Shown piece after piece: positions 9,389 to 19,248 of a stretch of 64,000 nt of DNA. The first letter of the stretch is position 1. The number at the start of each line of letters is the position of its first letter. The position numbers and the translations under genes are program-made. The stretch is taken from assembly GCA_963712745.1 (NCBI GenBank), contig CAVQJC010000017.1:320001-384000 (forward strand), in the 5' to 3' direction. The notes under the pieces are model-generated. The model was not told the DNA's origin. It made no database searches and saw only the letters and a program-made list of their open reading frames with translations. This DNA comes from an uncultured Chloroflexia bacterium. Lineage in GTDB: Bacteria; Chloroflexota; Limnocylindria; Limnocylindrales; CSP1-4.

Positions 9389-10864
9389 GTGGATCAGGCA
9401 ACACTCAGCACGCTCTTCATCCTCATCGGGGCCCTGGCCGCAGGCAGCTTCGTCATCGGCTTGCACTTCATGAACAGCCCCGCCACAGCGCGCAACGGCA
9501 ACCTCATCTCGGCGGGCGGCATGACCGTGGCCGTGGCGGCCACCTTCGCCTACCTGTTGCTGCGCGACTGCCATCACCAGAGCTGCGCCGTCGGCGGCCT
9601 CTCCACCGAGGGGCTGGTCATCATCATCGGCGGCTTCATGATCGGTGGCGCCGCCGGCCTGTACCTGGCCCTGCGCGTGGCCATGACGGCCATGCCCCAG
9701 CTTGTCTCGCTGTTCAACGCGGTCGGCGGCGGCGCAGCTGCCCTGGTCGCGATCTTCGACTATCTCAAGATCGTCGGCACGCCCGACGAGTCGATCTCGA
9801 CCACGATCTTCGTCATCCTGGGCGTGCTCATCGGCTCCATCACCTTCACCGGCTCGCTCATCGCCTCGGGCAAGCTGCAGGGCCTGATCAGGGGTCAGCC
9901 CATCGCGGTGCCCGGCGGCGTGTACACCACCATGGCGCTCGGACTGGTGGCGCTGGTGACCACCATCTTGCTCATCCTCGGCGCCGGCGAGTCGCCCATC
10001 CTGGAGCTCGGCAGCGAGGTCAAGACGGTCCTGCTGCTGGTCCTGCTGGGTGCGTCGCTGACCTTCGGCGTGACCATGGTGCTGCCCATCGGCGGCGCCG
10101 ACATGCCGGTCGTCATCAGCCTCCTCAACTCCTTCACCGGTACAGCCGCGGCCATGTCAGGCTTCGTGCTCGAGTCCCCGCTGCTCATCATCGCCGGCGC
10201 CCTCGTGGGTGCGGCCGGCGGCATCCTCACCAAGCTCATGGCCGACGCCATGAACCGTTCGCTGCTGAACATCATGGTCGGCGGCTTCGGTGGCGCTGAG
10301 GGTACCCAGGCCGATCCTGCCGCGTCCGGTGGCACGGTCCGCGAGGTCGGCGTGGACGACGCCGCCATCCAGCTGGCCTATGCCGAGAACGTCATCATCG
10401 TGCCCGGCTATGGCCTGGCGGTGGCGCAGGCGCAGCACGCCTGCCGCGAGCTGGGCGACGTGCTCGAGGAGCGCGGCGTCAACGTGGTCTATGCCATCCA
10501 CCCGGTGGCCGGCCGCATGCCGGGTCACATGAATGTGCTGCTGGCGGAGGCCAACGTGCCCTACCCGCAGCTCAAGGAGATGGAGGACGTCAACCCCGAG
10601 TTCAACCGCTGCGACGTGGCCCTGGTCATCGGTGCCAACGACGTGACCAACCCGATCGCCCGAACCGATCCGTCCTCGCCCATCTACGGCATGCCCATCC
10701 TCGACGTCGACCATGCCAAGTCCATCATCGTCATCAAGCGTTCGATGGGCCGCGGCTACGCCGGCATCGACAACAGCCTCTACACCGATCCCAAGACGGG
10801 CATGCTCTTCAGCGATGCCAAGGCCGGCCTGGAGAACCTCATCGCGGCGGTCAAGGAGCTGTAA
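9389..10864 (+). CDS. pntB: NAD(P) transhydrogenase beta subunit
   Basis: MTAMPQLVSLFN, PIGGADMPVVISLLNS, HPVAGRMPGHMNVLLAEA, GANDVTNP. Confidence 0.97.
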   Translation: MDQATLSTLFILIGALAAGSFVIGLHFMNSPATARNGNLISAGGMTVAVAATFAYLLLRDCHHQSCAVGGLSTEGLVIIIGGFMIGGAAGLYLALRVAMTAMPQLVSLFNAVGGGAAALVAIFDYLKIVGTPDESISTTIFVILGVLIGSITFTGSLIASGKLQGLIRGQPIAVPGGVYTTMALGLVALVTTILLILGAGESPILELGSEVKTVLLLVLLGASLTFGVTMVLPIGGADMPVVISLLNSFTGTAAAMSGFVLESPLLIIAGALVGAAGGILTKLMADAMNRSLLNIMVGGFGGAEGTQADPAASGGTVREVGVDDAAIQLAYAENVIIVPGYGLAVAQAQHACRELGDVLEERGVNVVYAIHPVAGRMPGHMNVLLAEANVPYPQLKEMEDVNPEFNRCDVALVIGANDVTNPIARTDPSSPIYGMPILDVDHAKSIIVIKRSMGRGYAGIDNSLYTDPKTGMLFSDAKAGLENLIAAVKEL

Positions 10865-10892
10865 GCCCGGCGGCGGGGTCAGCCGCCTTCCG

Positions 10893-11573
10893 TCATCCCT
10901 CGTCCGCCCAGAGGCCCTTGATCAGCAGATCGAGGGCCTCGTCGGTCGCCGCCTCGGCGCGCGCCCGATCGAACATGGCCACTCCCGTGGCCAGGGCCGC
11001 GATGCCATGGACGGTCGCCCACAGCGCATCGGCCGCCACACTGCCGCGAGCCGACAGGCTTCGACCCGCCGGCGATCCGGCCGCGAGCTCGGCCAGTGTG
11101 CCGAGCGACTCGATACGTGCGCCGGTCTCCTCGGGGCCATGCGCCAACAGGAAGTCCGGGCGCTGCACGAACATGAGGCGGTACTGGGACGGGTGCTGCA
11201 GGGCGAACTGGACGTAGGTCCGACCCATCCGGCCGATCCGCTGCTGAGCGGACCCCGGCGCGGCGATGGCCGCCGCCATGGCCGCGCGGAACTCGCCGAA
11301 GGCCTCGTCGAGCAAGGCGAACAGCAGCGCGTCGCGATCCTCGAAGTACAGGTAGATCGTGGTCGCCGTATACCCGATGCGCTCGGCGATGGCCCGCATG
11401 GTGACGGCTTCCGAACCACCTTCCTCGAGGAGTGAGCGCGCCGCGTCCATGATGCGCGAGCGCATCTCTACGCGGCTTCGTGCGCGCCGCGCCCTGGAGG
11501 CAGCCCTGACACGGCCATCGCGTGTCGGGGCCGGGGCATCGCCCTGGGCCGACGCCCGACCGGCTGGTGCCAT
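10893..11573 (-). CDS. TetR/AcrR family regulator
   Basis: IMDAARSLLEEGGSEAVTMRAIAERIGYTATTIYLYFEDRDALL; WATVHG C-terminal motif. Confidence 0.9.
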   Translation of the reverse strand: MAPAGRASAQGDAPAPTRDGRVRAASRARRARSRVEMRSRIMDAARSLLEEGGSEAVTMRAIAERIGYTATTIYLYFEDRDALLFALLDEAFGEFRAAMAAAIAAPGSAQQRIGRMGRTYVQFALQHPSQYRLMFVQRPDFLLAHGPEETGARIESLGTLAELAAGSPAGRSLSARGSVAADALWATVHGIAALATGVAMFDRARAEAATDEALDLLIKGLWADEG

Positions 11574-12532
11574 CAGCTCACCGGAGCACCGCCCTCGCGC
11601 CGGGCGGCGAACCAGTCGACCGTGGCCTTGACGGCCTCGTCGAGCTGCGTGGCCGGCTGAGGACCGAACGTGGCCTGGAAGCGGGCGTCGCTGCTGACGA
11701 ATGGTGTTTCCCACTGGTACGCCACCCCGGCGACCTCGCGCGCCATGGGTGAGAACAGGCCCACGGCCCGGAGCATCCAACGTGGGTTGGCGCTGACTCC
11801 CAGGGACTGTCCCAGCGCGCGCGAGACGGCGGCCACGAACTCGCGCCCGCTCGGTGCGCCGCTGGAGGGAAGATGCCAGACCTTGCCCATCGAATCGTCG
11901 GACAGTCCGAGCGTGACGAGACCGCGGGCGATGTCCGGGAGGAACGCCACGCTGTGCGGCTGGTCGACACGCCCGAGCCAGGGCACGCGCCTGCCCTGCA
12001 CCGCCGCATCGAAGAGCCGCTCGCCGAGGGAAGAGCCGACCCCACCGGGGCCGAAGTAGTCCGACGATCGACCGATGGCGACGCGGACATCGCCGGCACG
12101 GTCCGCAGCCAGCAACTCCTCCGCCAGCTCACGTCTCAGGCGGCCCTTCTTGTCGGTCGCGCGCTGCGGGCTGTCCTCGGTCATGACTCCGGCGTCAGGG
12201 CCGTACATGTAGAGATTGTCGGCAAAGACGATGCTTGCCCCCGCCGGCCCCGCAGCCGCGATCACGTTGCGACACAGGACCGGAAAGACGTCGCCCCAGC
12301 GAGGGTAGGGCGGGTTGGCGGCGTGGTACACGACGCGGGCCCCAGCCACGGCGGCCCGCGCCTGCGCGACGTCGGTCAGGTCGGCGGCCATCGACTCGAC
12401 ATCCGGACCGAGACGGACATCGGCCCGCCGCGTGACCGCGCGTACCGGCAGTTGCCGTGCTCGCAGCTCGCGTACGAGGGCACCGCCGGTGCCGCCTGCG
12501 GCACCGAGAACGACATGCAGTCCTGAGTCCAT
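11573..12532 (-). CDS. NAD-dependent epimerase/dehydratase (atypical SDR)
   Basis: VVLGAAGGTG, DNLYMYG, RSSDYFGP. Confidence 0.9.
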   Translation of the reverse strand: MDSGLHVVLGAAGGTGGALVRELRARQLPVRAVTRRADVRLGPDVESMAADLTDVAQARAAVAGARVVYHAANPPYPRWGDVFPVLCRNVIAAAGPAGASIVFADNLYMYGPDAGVMTEDSPQRATDKKGRLRRELAEELLAADRAGDVRVAIGRSSDYFGPGGVGSSLGERLFDAAVQGRRVPWLGRVDQPHSVAFLPDIARGLVTLGLSDDSMGKVWHLPSSGAPSGREFVAAVSRALGQSLGVSANPRWMLRAVGLFSPMAREVAGVAYQWETPFVSSDARFQATFGPQPATQLDEAVKATVDWFAARREGGAPVS

Positions 12533-12561
12533 CTGTCTGCCTAGCACTCCGCGGGGGGGTG

Positions 12562-12580
12562 TAGTTAACATCGTTAAGTA
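12562..12580. promoter_or_regulatory. palindrome, probable TetR operator
   Basis: TAGTTAAC-ATC-GTTAAGTA (7/8 arms) 30 bp upstream of the SDR-TetR operon. Confidence 0.6.
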
Positions 12581-12729
12581 AACCATCGCCGTTCATAGCT
12601 GTCAACGCGGGCTGGACCGTACGTCGGCACCGTGGGTGGATCCGGCGGTCGTGCGATCGCCGACCAGCCGTGCCCGGCCGGCCCGATCGTGCGCGGACCC
12701 CGACCGGCGAGCGGAGCCGTTGGGCTCGC

Positions 12730-13725
12730 TTATCGACGGTAGCGTTCCGCCGCGGTCGCGTGCTGCTGGGCCACCCAGGCGCGCAGCTCGTCGGGCTCCA
12801 ACACCTCCGCGTCAGGGCCCCAGCCCAGGATCCACGAGCGGATCTCGAGCAGGCCGGAGACGCGCGCGCGCCACAGCAACGAGCCGTCGTCCTCGAGCTC
12901 CTCGGCCTGGCTCGGATGCCAGCGGGTCTCGTGAACACGCTGCGTGACATCCGGGGAGAAGCGGATGACGATCTCCGCCGGCTCGGCGTCGCTGATAACG
13001 TCCCACGCGGCCAACATCTCCTTGGCTACCGAGGCCCCGGGTGCCTCGAACGACTCCGGCGTGACCGACACCGAGCGGATGCGTTCGAGCTTGAAGGTGC
13101 GACGGTCAGCTCGCTCCTCGTCCCAGCCGATCACGTAAAGCGCACGGGTCGCTGCGGAGGGTTCGATGGCATAGGGATGGAGCCACACCCGACGATTGGG
13201 CCGGCTCGGGTCGTACACGCCCGACTCGTACTCCAGCTCTACCACCCGCCGCTCGGCGAGCGCCACCGTCAGCCCGCGCAGCACGCGTGTGAAGTCTTCG
13301 TCCGGTGGAGTGTCGGCGAAGGCATCGGCCGTCTCGTGAAGCTGCTCGGCGATGACCGGCGGCAGCACCTGGGCCAGCTTCACGAAGACGCCGATGATCT
13401 CGGTGTCCAGCTCGTCGGTGGCCTTGGTCAACAGGCGCGCCGCGAGGTAGAACGCCATGGCCTCGTGCAGCGTCAGCGCCAGCGGGGGCAGGAAGGCGTC
13501 GTCGGCCAGGCCGTAGCGGCCCTTGTCATTCCAGATGGGCAGACCGCCATCGAGGTCCATGCCGTCGAGGTCGCGATAGATCGTGCGCTTGGAAACGCCG
13601 ATCTGGTCGGCCAGTGCCTGGGCGGAGATGCCAGCTTCGCCGTGGGCGCGCAGCACCGTGGCGATCTTCAGGTAGCGGGCGGCGCGGTCCCACTTGGTCC
13701 CGCCGCGCTCGACGAACGTGTTCAT
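12730..13725 (-). CDS. HTH-WYL domain transcriptional regulator (YafY/PafC-like)
   Basis: LADQIGVSKRTIYRDL HTH; HPYAI..LYVIGWD..RTFKLERI; WILGWGPDAEVLEPDELR. Confidence 0.92.
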   Translation of the reverse strand: MNTFVERGGTKWDRAARYLKIATVLRAHGEAGISAQALADQIGVSKRTIYRDLDGMDLDGGLPIWNDKGRYGLADDAFLPPLALTLHEAMAFYLAARLLTKATDELDTEIIGVFVKLAQVLPPVIAEQLHETADAFADTPPDEDFTRVLRGLTVALAERRVVELEYESGVYDPSRPNRRVWLHPYAIEPSAATRALYVIGWDEERADRRTFKLERIRSVSVTPESFEAPGASVAKEMLAAWDVISDAEPAEIVIRFSPDVTQRVHETRWHPSQAEELEDDGSLLWRARVSGLLEIRSWILGWGPDAEVLEPDELRAWVAQQHATAAERYRR

Positions 13726-15026
13726 GGTGCCCCCGACTCTAGCGCGGGGCTCGCGGCTACATCCGGGCTCGTGTCCGCCGTCGGAGCCATGACATCGACC
13801 GGCTGATCTCGGTCGACGGCCTCCAGGCGGCCCTGGAGCACGACTCGTGCCCCGTCGGCGTCCCAGGGCGTCTCCGCGCGCGAGCCGGAGACTTCGACCG
13901 AGGCCAGGCCCAGCTCGCCATCGGCGAAGACCCACCAGTCCATCTCGCCGCGCCAGCGAGAGATGGCGTCAGCCGGGGCCGACGAACTGCCGAAGAGCAG
14001 CCAGCGCAGCGGCAGGAACGTGTCCAGCGCGGCCGGCCCGTCGATGAACGTGCGGCAATGGCGCGCTCGAGCGCCCTCGATATGCTCGAGGCCGAGGTCT
14101 TCGGCCACGATCGCGCCGCGCGGCGCGTCGGCGATCGACTGAGGCGGCCCATCCATGGTCAGGGCCTCTTCGCCGATCATGCCGAAGGGGTCCGGTGCCA
14201 CCGCACGCCAGTTGGTGCCGGGCGCGTGCGGGTCGTCGCTCTGGTCGGTCAGCCAGGCCAGGGGACCCGTGCGCAGGTAGGCCCCGACGCCAGCTCCGTC
14301 GGGACCGCTCCATGAGCCGCCCCACGACTCGTCCTGACCGCCGCGCTGGCCCTCGAGCCGGGCCCGTCCGCGCTCCACGTTGTCGAGGCTCGACTTGGCC
14401 TCGATGGTGACGACGGCGTTGGCGCCGAGGTCGATGGGCTCATCGCAGAAGGGCGGCTCGAGGTCCGGGTCGGTGGGGCCGAAGCGTGAGCTCGACGGCT
14501 CCACCTCTCGGAGCCCACGGTCGTTGATGGCGGCGACCAGCACGAACGCCATGCCGACCACGATGGTGAGCAGCACGGCCAATGCGGTCGTGGCCAGGGA
14601 CGATCGCCGTACCAGCGGCTCCGCGCCGGACCTCCGGTGGACCCACCCGGCCACGCTGAACCAGGACATCGAGAAGAGCGCGAGCAGGCCGGCATAGGCG
14701 GCTTCGAACGAGGGTACGAGGCTCTGCGGCCCATCGGCGGTAAGTGTCGCGACCGTGCCGTAGAGGACCGGGATGCCGAACAGCAGCGCGGCCAGCCAGA
14801 CCCACACCAGGAACAGCCGATGCCGATGCGTCCGGCCCACGGCCGGCCACACGAACCCGGCGTCGGCGATGAGCACAGGCGCGAAGCAGGCCAGCATGAC
14901 CACGATGTCGATGGGTCCGCCGGGTCGGTACGTCGTGGCCACCGCCACCGCCGTGGCCGCCCACAGGACGGTGAGGATCGCCGCCAGCAGGCGCATGAGG
15001 CGGCGGTCGGCCGCGTGTCCGTCCAT
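13722..15026 (-). CDS. hypothetical membrane protein (~5 TM plus extracytoplasmic domain)
   Basis: 434-aa ORF with GC3 bias, ATGA overlap with WYL gene. Confidence 0.7.
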   Translation of the reverse strand: MDGHAADRRLMRLLAAILTVLWAATAVAVATTYRPGGPIDIVVMLACFAPVLIADAGFVWPAVGRTHRHRLFLVWVWLAALLFGIPVLYGTVATLTADGPQSLVPSFEAAYAGLLALFSMSWFSVAGWVHRRSGAEPLVRRSSLATTALAVLLTIVVGMAFVLVAAINDRGLREVEPSSSRFGPTDPDLEPPFCDEPIDLGANAVVTIEAKSSLDNVERGRARLEGQRGGQDESWGGSWSGPDGAGVGAYLRTGPLAWLTDQSDDPHAPGTNWRAVAPDPFGMIGEEALTMDGPPQSIADAPRGAIVAEDLGLEHIEGARARHCRTFIDGPAALDTFLPLRWLLFGSSSAPADAISRWRGEMDWWVFADGELGLASVEVSGSRAETPWDADGARVVLQGRLEAVDRDQPVDVMAPTADTSPDVAASPALESGAP

Positions 15027-15166
15027 CGGGACGGCAGCATACCGCTCGGGAGCGCCCGGTATCGCGGTTCACCTCGCACGGAGCGCCACCTGCCCGTACC
15101 ATCGCGCCTATGCCGCGCATCTATCGCGAGACCGTCACCACCCCGGCCGCGGCCGGCGCCAACACC

Positions 15167-16099
15167 GTGTCGCGCCCGCCCTTCGTAAGCCTGCTCAGCG
15201 ACTTCGGCGCGCGCGACCCTTCGGCCGGCATCATGCGTGCGGTGGTCGCGGCCATCTGCCCCCAGGCCATCGTCGTCGACATCGCCCACGGGATCGACAA
15301 GTTCGCCATCCGCGACGGTGCGCTGCTGCTGTGGAGTGCCGTGCCCTATCTGCCCATCGGTGCTCACGTGGCCGTGGTCGATCCGGGGGTCGGCACGGCC
15401 CGCAAGGGCATCGCGCTCCAGACATCCCGGGGCGACCATCTGGTGGGGCCGGACAACGGTCTGCTCATGCCGGCCGCGGCTCGGCTCGGTGGCATCACCC
15501 ATGCCCACCTGCTGGAGGATCCCCGCTACGCCTTGCCGGAGGTCTCAAGCTCCTTTCACGGTCGCGACCTCTTCGCGCCAGCCGGCGCCCATCTCGCCGC
15601 CGGCGTACCCATCGACGAGCTGGGTCGGGCGGTCGACCCGCGGCGCCTGCTCGAGCTCGAATGGCCCAGCCCGGACATCCGGCACGGCCGACTCCGTGCA
15701 CAGGCCATCTACATCGACACTTTCGGCAACGTCAAGCTTTCCGCCCTGGCCGACGACATCGAGGCAGCTCTACCCGGCCTGCGCTTCGGTGAGCGTCTGC
15801 TGCTGCGCCTGGGCGCCGGGTCCAACGTGCGCGAGGTCCTTTCATCGTGGGTCCGCACGTTCGGTGACGTGGCCGAAGGCTCGACCCTGCTCACGGCCAA
15901 TTCGTACGGCCGGGTGAGCCTGGCCGTGCACCAGGGCTCAGCCGCTGCCGAGCTGGGCGTGACCCGCGATTCTGTCCTGGAGGTGGTCCGCCCTGCGCCG
16001 CCACCGCCCTCGACGCCAGCGCAGAGGATGCCGCCGCCTCCGCGGGGTAACCCTCGGCCACGCCCGCCGGCGCCCCCGCCTCCAGGTCCCCGGCGCTAG
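15167..16099 (+). CDS. SAM hydroxide adenosyltransferase / SAM-dependent halogenase family (DUF62)
   Basis: LLSDFG, HVAVVDPGVGT, GPDNGL, SSFHGRDLFAP, IDTFGNV; start GTG 15167 or ATG 15110. Confidence 0.9.
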   Translation: MSRPPFVSLLSDFGARDPSAGIMRAVVAAICPQAIVVDIAHGIDKFAIRDGALLLWSAVPYLPIGAHVAVVDPGVGTARKGIALQTSRGDHLVGPDNGLLMPAAARLGGITHAHLLEDPRYALPEVSSSFHGRDLFAPAGAHLAAGVPIDELGRAVDPRRLLELEWPSPDIRHGRLRAQAIYIDTFGNVKLSALADDIEAALPGLRFGERLLLRLGAGSNVREVLSSWVRTFGDVAEGSTLLTANSYGRVSLAVHQGSAAAELGVTRDSVLEVVRPAPPPPSTPAQRMPPPPRGNPRPRPPAPPPPGPRR

Positions 16100-16115
16100 G
16101 ACAGCCTGGGCCTCG

Positions 16116-17921
16116 CTACTCGTCCACGGGCGTGCGCGGCGGGACGACGTCGGCCGCCAGCGCCCGGCCCTCGACGGCCGTGCTGATGCGGTCGCGCCCC
16201 GCTCGCTTGGCCGCGTAGAGTGCCCGGTCGGCCGACTGCAGCAGGTGATCGACGTCATCCGCGTCGTCGGGATAGGTGGCCACGCCTACGGAGCAGCGCA
16301 TGCCGGCCGCCCGCGAGCCACTCCCGTGCACACCGCGGATGGCGCTGCGCACGCGGTCGGCCACATCGATCGCTTCACCCAGGTCGGTCCGCGGCAGGAT
16401 GAGACAGAACTCGTCGCCGCCGTAGCGGTAGATACGATCGCTCTTGCGACAGGCGTCGCGCACGGCCTCGGCGATGCCCCGGAGCAGGGCGTTGCCGGCC
16501 TCGTGCCCGCGCCGGTCGTTGTAGGCCTTGAAGTCGTCGAGGTCGACCATCAGCAACGCGAACGCGTCGGCACGGCGGATGGCAGCCGCGAGGTCGCCGC
16601 GGAAGGTGCCGTGGTTGCGCAGCCCGGTCAGCGCGTCGGTCTGAGCCTGCAACTGCACCGCCCGGTGCGCGAGCGCGTTCTGGAGCGCGATGGAGACGTG
16701 GGCGGCGAACAGGCGCACCACGTCGAACTCGCGCGCCTCGAAGCGTGTCCCCTCGCCCAGCCGCTTGAGGTAGAGGATGCCCAGCACGCGTTCCTGGCCC
16801 CGCAGCGGGGCCAGGATGAGGGCGGCCTCCCTGTCGTCGTTGCCCACATGGCTGACGTTGCGGGCCTCGCCGCTGCTCAACACCTCTGAGGCGACCCAGC
16901 CGCTGTCGGGTAGCGGTTGGGCCATGAACGCATCGGCACCGACACCCCGCGCCAGCAACGGGTCGAGCACGTGCTCGACCGGCTCATGCAGGTAGATCCC
17001 GAGCGTGTCCACGGGGATGAGGCGGGCGAGGCTTTCGGCGATCTCGGAGACGATGGCTGTGGGGTCCAGGTTGGTGAGGATGCGCTCGGTGACACGCAAC
17101 AGCTCGCGCTGGCTGCGCAGCTGCCGGTCGAGCATCTCCTCCTGCGCGCGTAGCCGTTGTGCGATGTCGGCGTTGGCCATGGCCTGGGCCGCGATCGAGG
17201 CGTAGATGCTGAGGTAGCGCAGGTCTTCGGGCGCGAAGCGGTCGAGCCCGAGCTTGGCCAGCAGGATCACCCCGATGGTCTCGTCCTCGTAGACCATGGG
17301 GGCCACCAGCAGCGACTCGGGCAGGTCTTCCTCTGTGCCCGGCACGTGCGAGCCGCGCGGGTCCGCGGCCGCGTCGGGCAGGTACTGCGCGACACCATGT
17401 TGGGCGACCCAGCCGGTGATGCCTTCGCCCACCCTGAGGCGCAGCTGATCGTCGGCTTCGTCGGTGTACGTACTCACCTCGCCACGCCAGGCCACGGGTA
17501 CGAGATCACGGCCGTGGACGCGGTAGACGCGCACGTTGTGGTATTCGATGAGCTGGCGCAGCTCGAGGCAGATGGCGCTGCCGATCTCGGCCACCGTGTT
17601 GAGGTGGTTCAGGCGTACGCCGAGCTTGGCGATGGACTCGATCTGGGCCTCCCAGTCGGCTGCGCGCCGGGCCCGGCCATCGCTGGCCAGGGAACCCTCG
17701 ACTGCCGACTCGAACGACGTGAAGCCGGCGGGCCCTGCTTCGGCGGCCAGCATGAAGGCTCGCAGGTCATCCACGAGGAAGCGACGATCCCCGCGCTCGT
17801 TGACGCGCAGGCAGCGCACCCGTCCCTGATCGGCCCAGGCCCGGAGGGTGTTGGGGTGGACGCCGAGCAGGCGGGCGGCCTTGGTGATGGGCAGCGAAGC
17901 GGCGGTAGGGGTCATCGTCAT
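16116..17921 (-). CDS. diguanylate cyclase with N-terminal MerR/excisionase-like HTH and two GAF domains
   Basis: AARLLGVHPNTLRAWADQG..GDRRF; GEGITGWVA GAF; TDALTGLRN, DLDDFKAYND..GHEAGN, RKSD..YRYGGDEF. Confidence 0.9.
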   Translation of the reverse strand: MTMTPTAASLPITKAARLLGVHPNTLRAWADQGRVRCLRVNERGDRRFLVDDLRAFMLAAEAGPAGFTSFESAVEGSLASDGRARRAADWEAQIESIAKLGVRLNHLNTVAEIGSAICLELRQLIEYHNVRVYRVHGRDLVPVAWRGEVSTYTDEADDQLRLRVGEGITGWVAQHGVAQYLPDAAADPRGSHVPGTEEDLPESLLVAPMVYEDETIGVILLAKLGLDRFAPEDLRYLSIYASIAAQAMANADIAQRLRAQEEMLDRQLRSQRELLRVTERILTNLDPTAIVSEIAESLARLIPVDTLGIYLHEPVEHVLDPLLARGVGADAFMAQPLPDSGWVASEVLSSGEARNVSHVGNDDREAALILAPLRGQERVLGILYLKRLGEGTRFEAREFDVVRLFAAHVSIALQNALAHRAVQLQAQTDALTGLRNHGTFRGDLAAAIRRADAFALLMVDLDDFKAYNDRRGHEAGNALLRGIAEAVRDACRKSDRIYRYGGDEFCLILPRTDLGEAIDVADRVRSAIRGVHGSGSRAAGMRCSVGVATYPDDADDVDHLLQSADRALYAAKRAGRDRISTAVEGRALAADVVPPRTPVDE

Positions 17922-18030
17922 GGCGGCAGTCCCGTCCGGAGCGGTCCCGTCCGGGTGCCCGAATGCTGCTAGAACCTCACAACTCCTCATATGGGAGTTC
18001 CGTACCCCAGCGGGGGGCCCGCTGGTGCGG

Positions 18031-18294
18031 TCAGTCGCGCCGGAGCAGGCGCGCGAGCAGCAGGGTCACCAGGGCCGTCGCGAGCCCCAGCCCGATCACC
18101 GCCGCGAGGATGAGCAGCGGGTTGCCTACCAGGCCCGGCCCGACGCCGTCCGAGCGCGGATCGACCGCCTCCAACAGCTCCGTCGGTACGAACGACGGAT
18201 CGGCCCCCAGCATGGCGGTCGGGAGCGCCAGCAGGACCAGTGTCAGGAGCACGGCCGTCGTGGTCCGACGACCCCACCCAGGTGGGATCTTCAC
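18031..18294 (-). CDS. small membrane protein
   Basis: two hydrophobic segments, GTGA overlap with upstream gene. Confidence 0.6.
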   Translation of the reverse strand: MKIPPGWGRRTTTAVLLTLVLLALPTAMLGADPSFVPTELLEAVDPRSDGVGPGLVGNPLLILAAVIGLGLATALVTLLLARLLRRD

Positions 18295-19016
18295 GGTCCG
18301 AGGAGGAGCAGGATAGCCCCGCCCACCAGCAGCACCGGCGCCGCTACCAGCAGGCCCGTCGCGGCCAGCAGTCCCTTGCGACGGTCGCCGGCCAGCACGC
18401 GCATGGCTTCGTCGAGCTCGAGCGTGGTGAGGACCAGCGGACGGCCCAGGCCCGGCCCCAGCACGACGGCGCCGCCGGGGACGATGCGGGGTACGCCGCC
18501 GACGGTGGCATGGTCGACCGACGAGACCTGCTCGATGCGCAGACGCACCGGCGTCTCGGGGGCGAGTTCCGGCAGCGGCCCCGTCAGCGAGTCCTCGGTC
18601 AGGTCCGACGCGATCCCTTCCGATTCGCGGGGCACGACGACGAGCCCGTCACCGAGAGCCTCGATGTCGATGGCCACCTGGGCGCCGGCTTCGACCACCC
18701 GGAACGGTACTGCCTGGCGCTCGTCGTCGAACGTCTGCCAGCCGCCTCGGCCGCGACGCTGCTGGAGCCGCCGACGGCGGAAGACGATGGGCTTGCCGTC
18801 CTCGTCGCCGAACTCCTCATCGCTGTCGATACGACCATGGAGCCGGACGTAGGACTGCTCCCCGGCCGCGGCCAGCTCGGCTGCCTCCGCGAGCGTCTTT
18901 CGAGGGGCAGCGGCGAGGAGTCTGCCCACGCGCCAGCTGCTGCCGCTGCGTCGAAGCAGGAGCCAGCCGCTGAGGCCTGCGGCTAGCCCGAGCACGATCA
19001 GCGTCGCGCCGGTCAC
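18291..19016 (-). CDS. hypothetical protein with N- and C-terminal TM helices
   Basis: ORF with coding bias; GTG start chosen before first hydrophobic segment. Confidence 0.65.
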   Translation of the reverse strand: MTGATLIVLGLAAGLSGWLLLRRSGSSWRVGRLLAAAPRKTLAEAAELAAAGEQSYVRLHGRIDSDEEFGDEDGKPIVFRRRRLQQRRGRGGWQTFDDERQAVPFRVVEAGAQVAIDIEALGDGLVVVPRESEGIASDLTEDSLTGPLPELAPETPVRLRIEQVSSVDHATVGGVPRIVPGGAVVLGPGLGRPLVLTTLELDEAMRVLAGDRRKGLLAATGLLVAAPVLLVGGAILLLLGP

Positions 19017-19248
19017 CGGTGCGCCCCGGACAGACAGAGACCCGAAGGAACCTTCCACGCGACGTGGGCCGTGATGTCATCTTGGCCGTTAGTCGGTTCC
19101 TGGGCCCCTTCGGGTCGAGCCCGACGGTAGGCCTCGCCCGGCGCGGTGGTCAACGGTACCGATGGCATATGTGGTGTCGGGACGCACCGACCTGTCCACC
19201 ATTCGTCCACACCGCGCTCCCGGGTGCCAGTGTGGAAAGGACACGGGG

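Noticed and set aside
15167-16099. Fluorinase/chlorinase of a halometabolite cluster
   Set aside because: FHGRD motif and housekeeping context fit the common DUF62 hydrolase; no biosynthetic genes nearby
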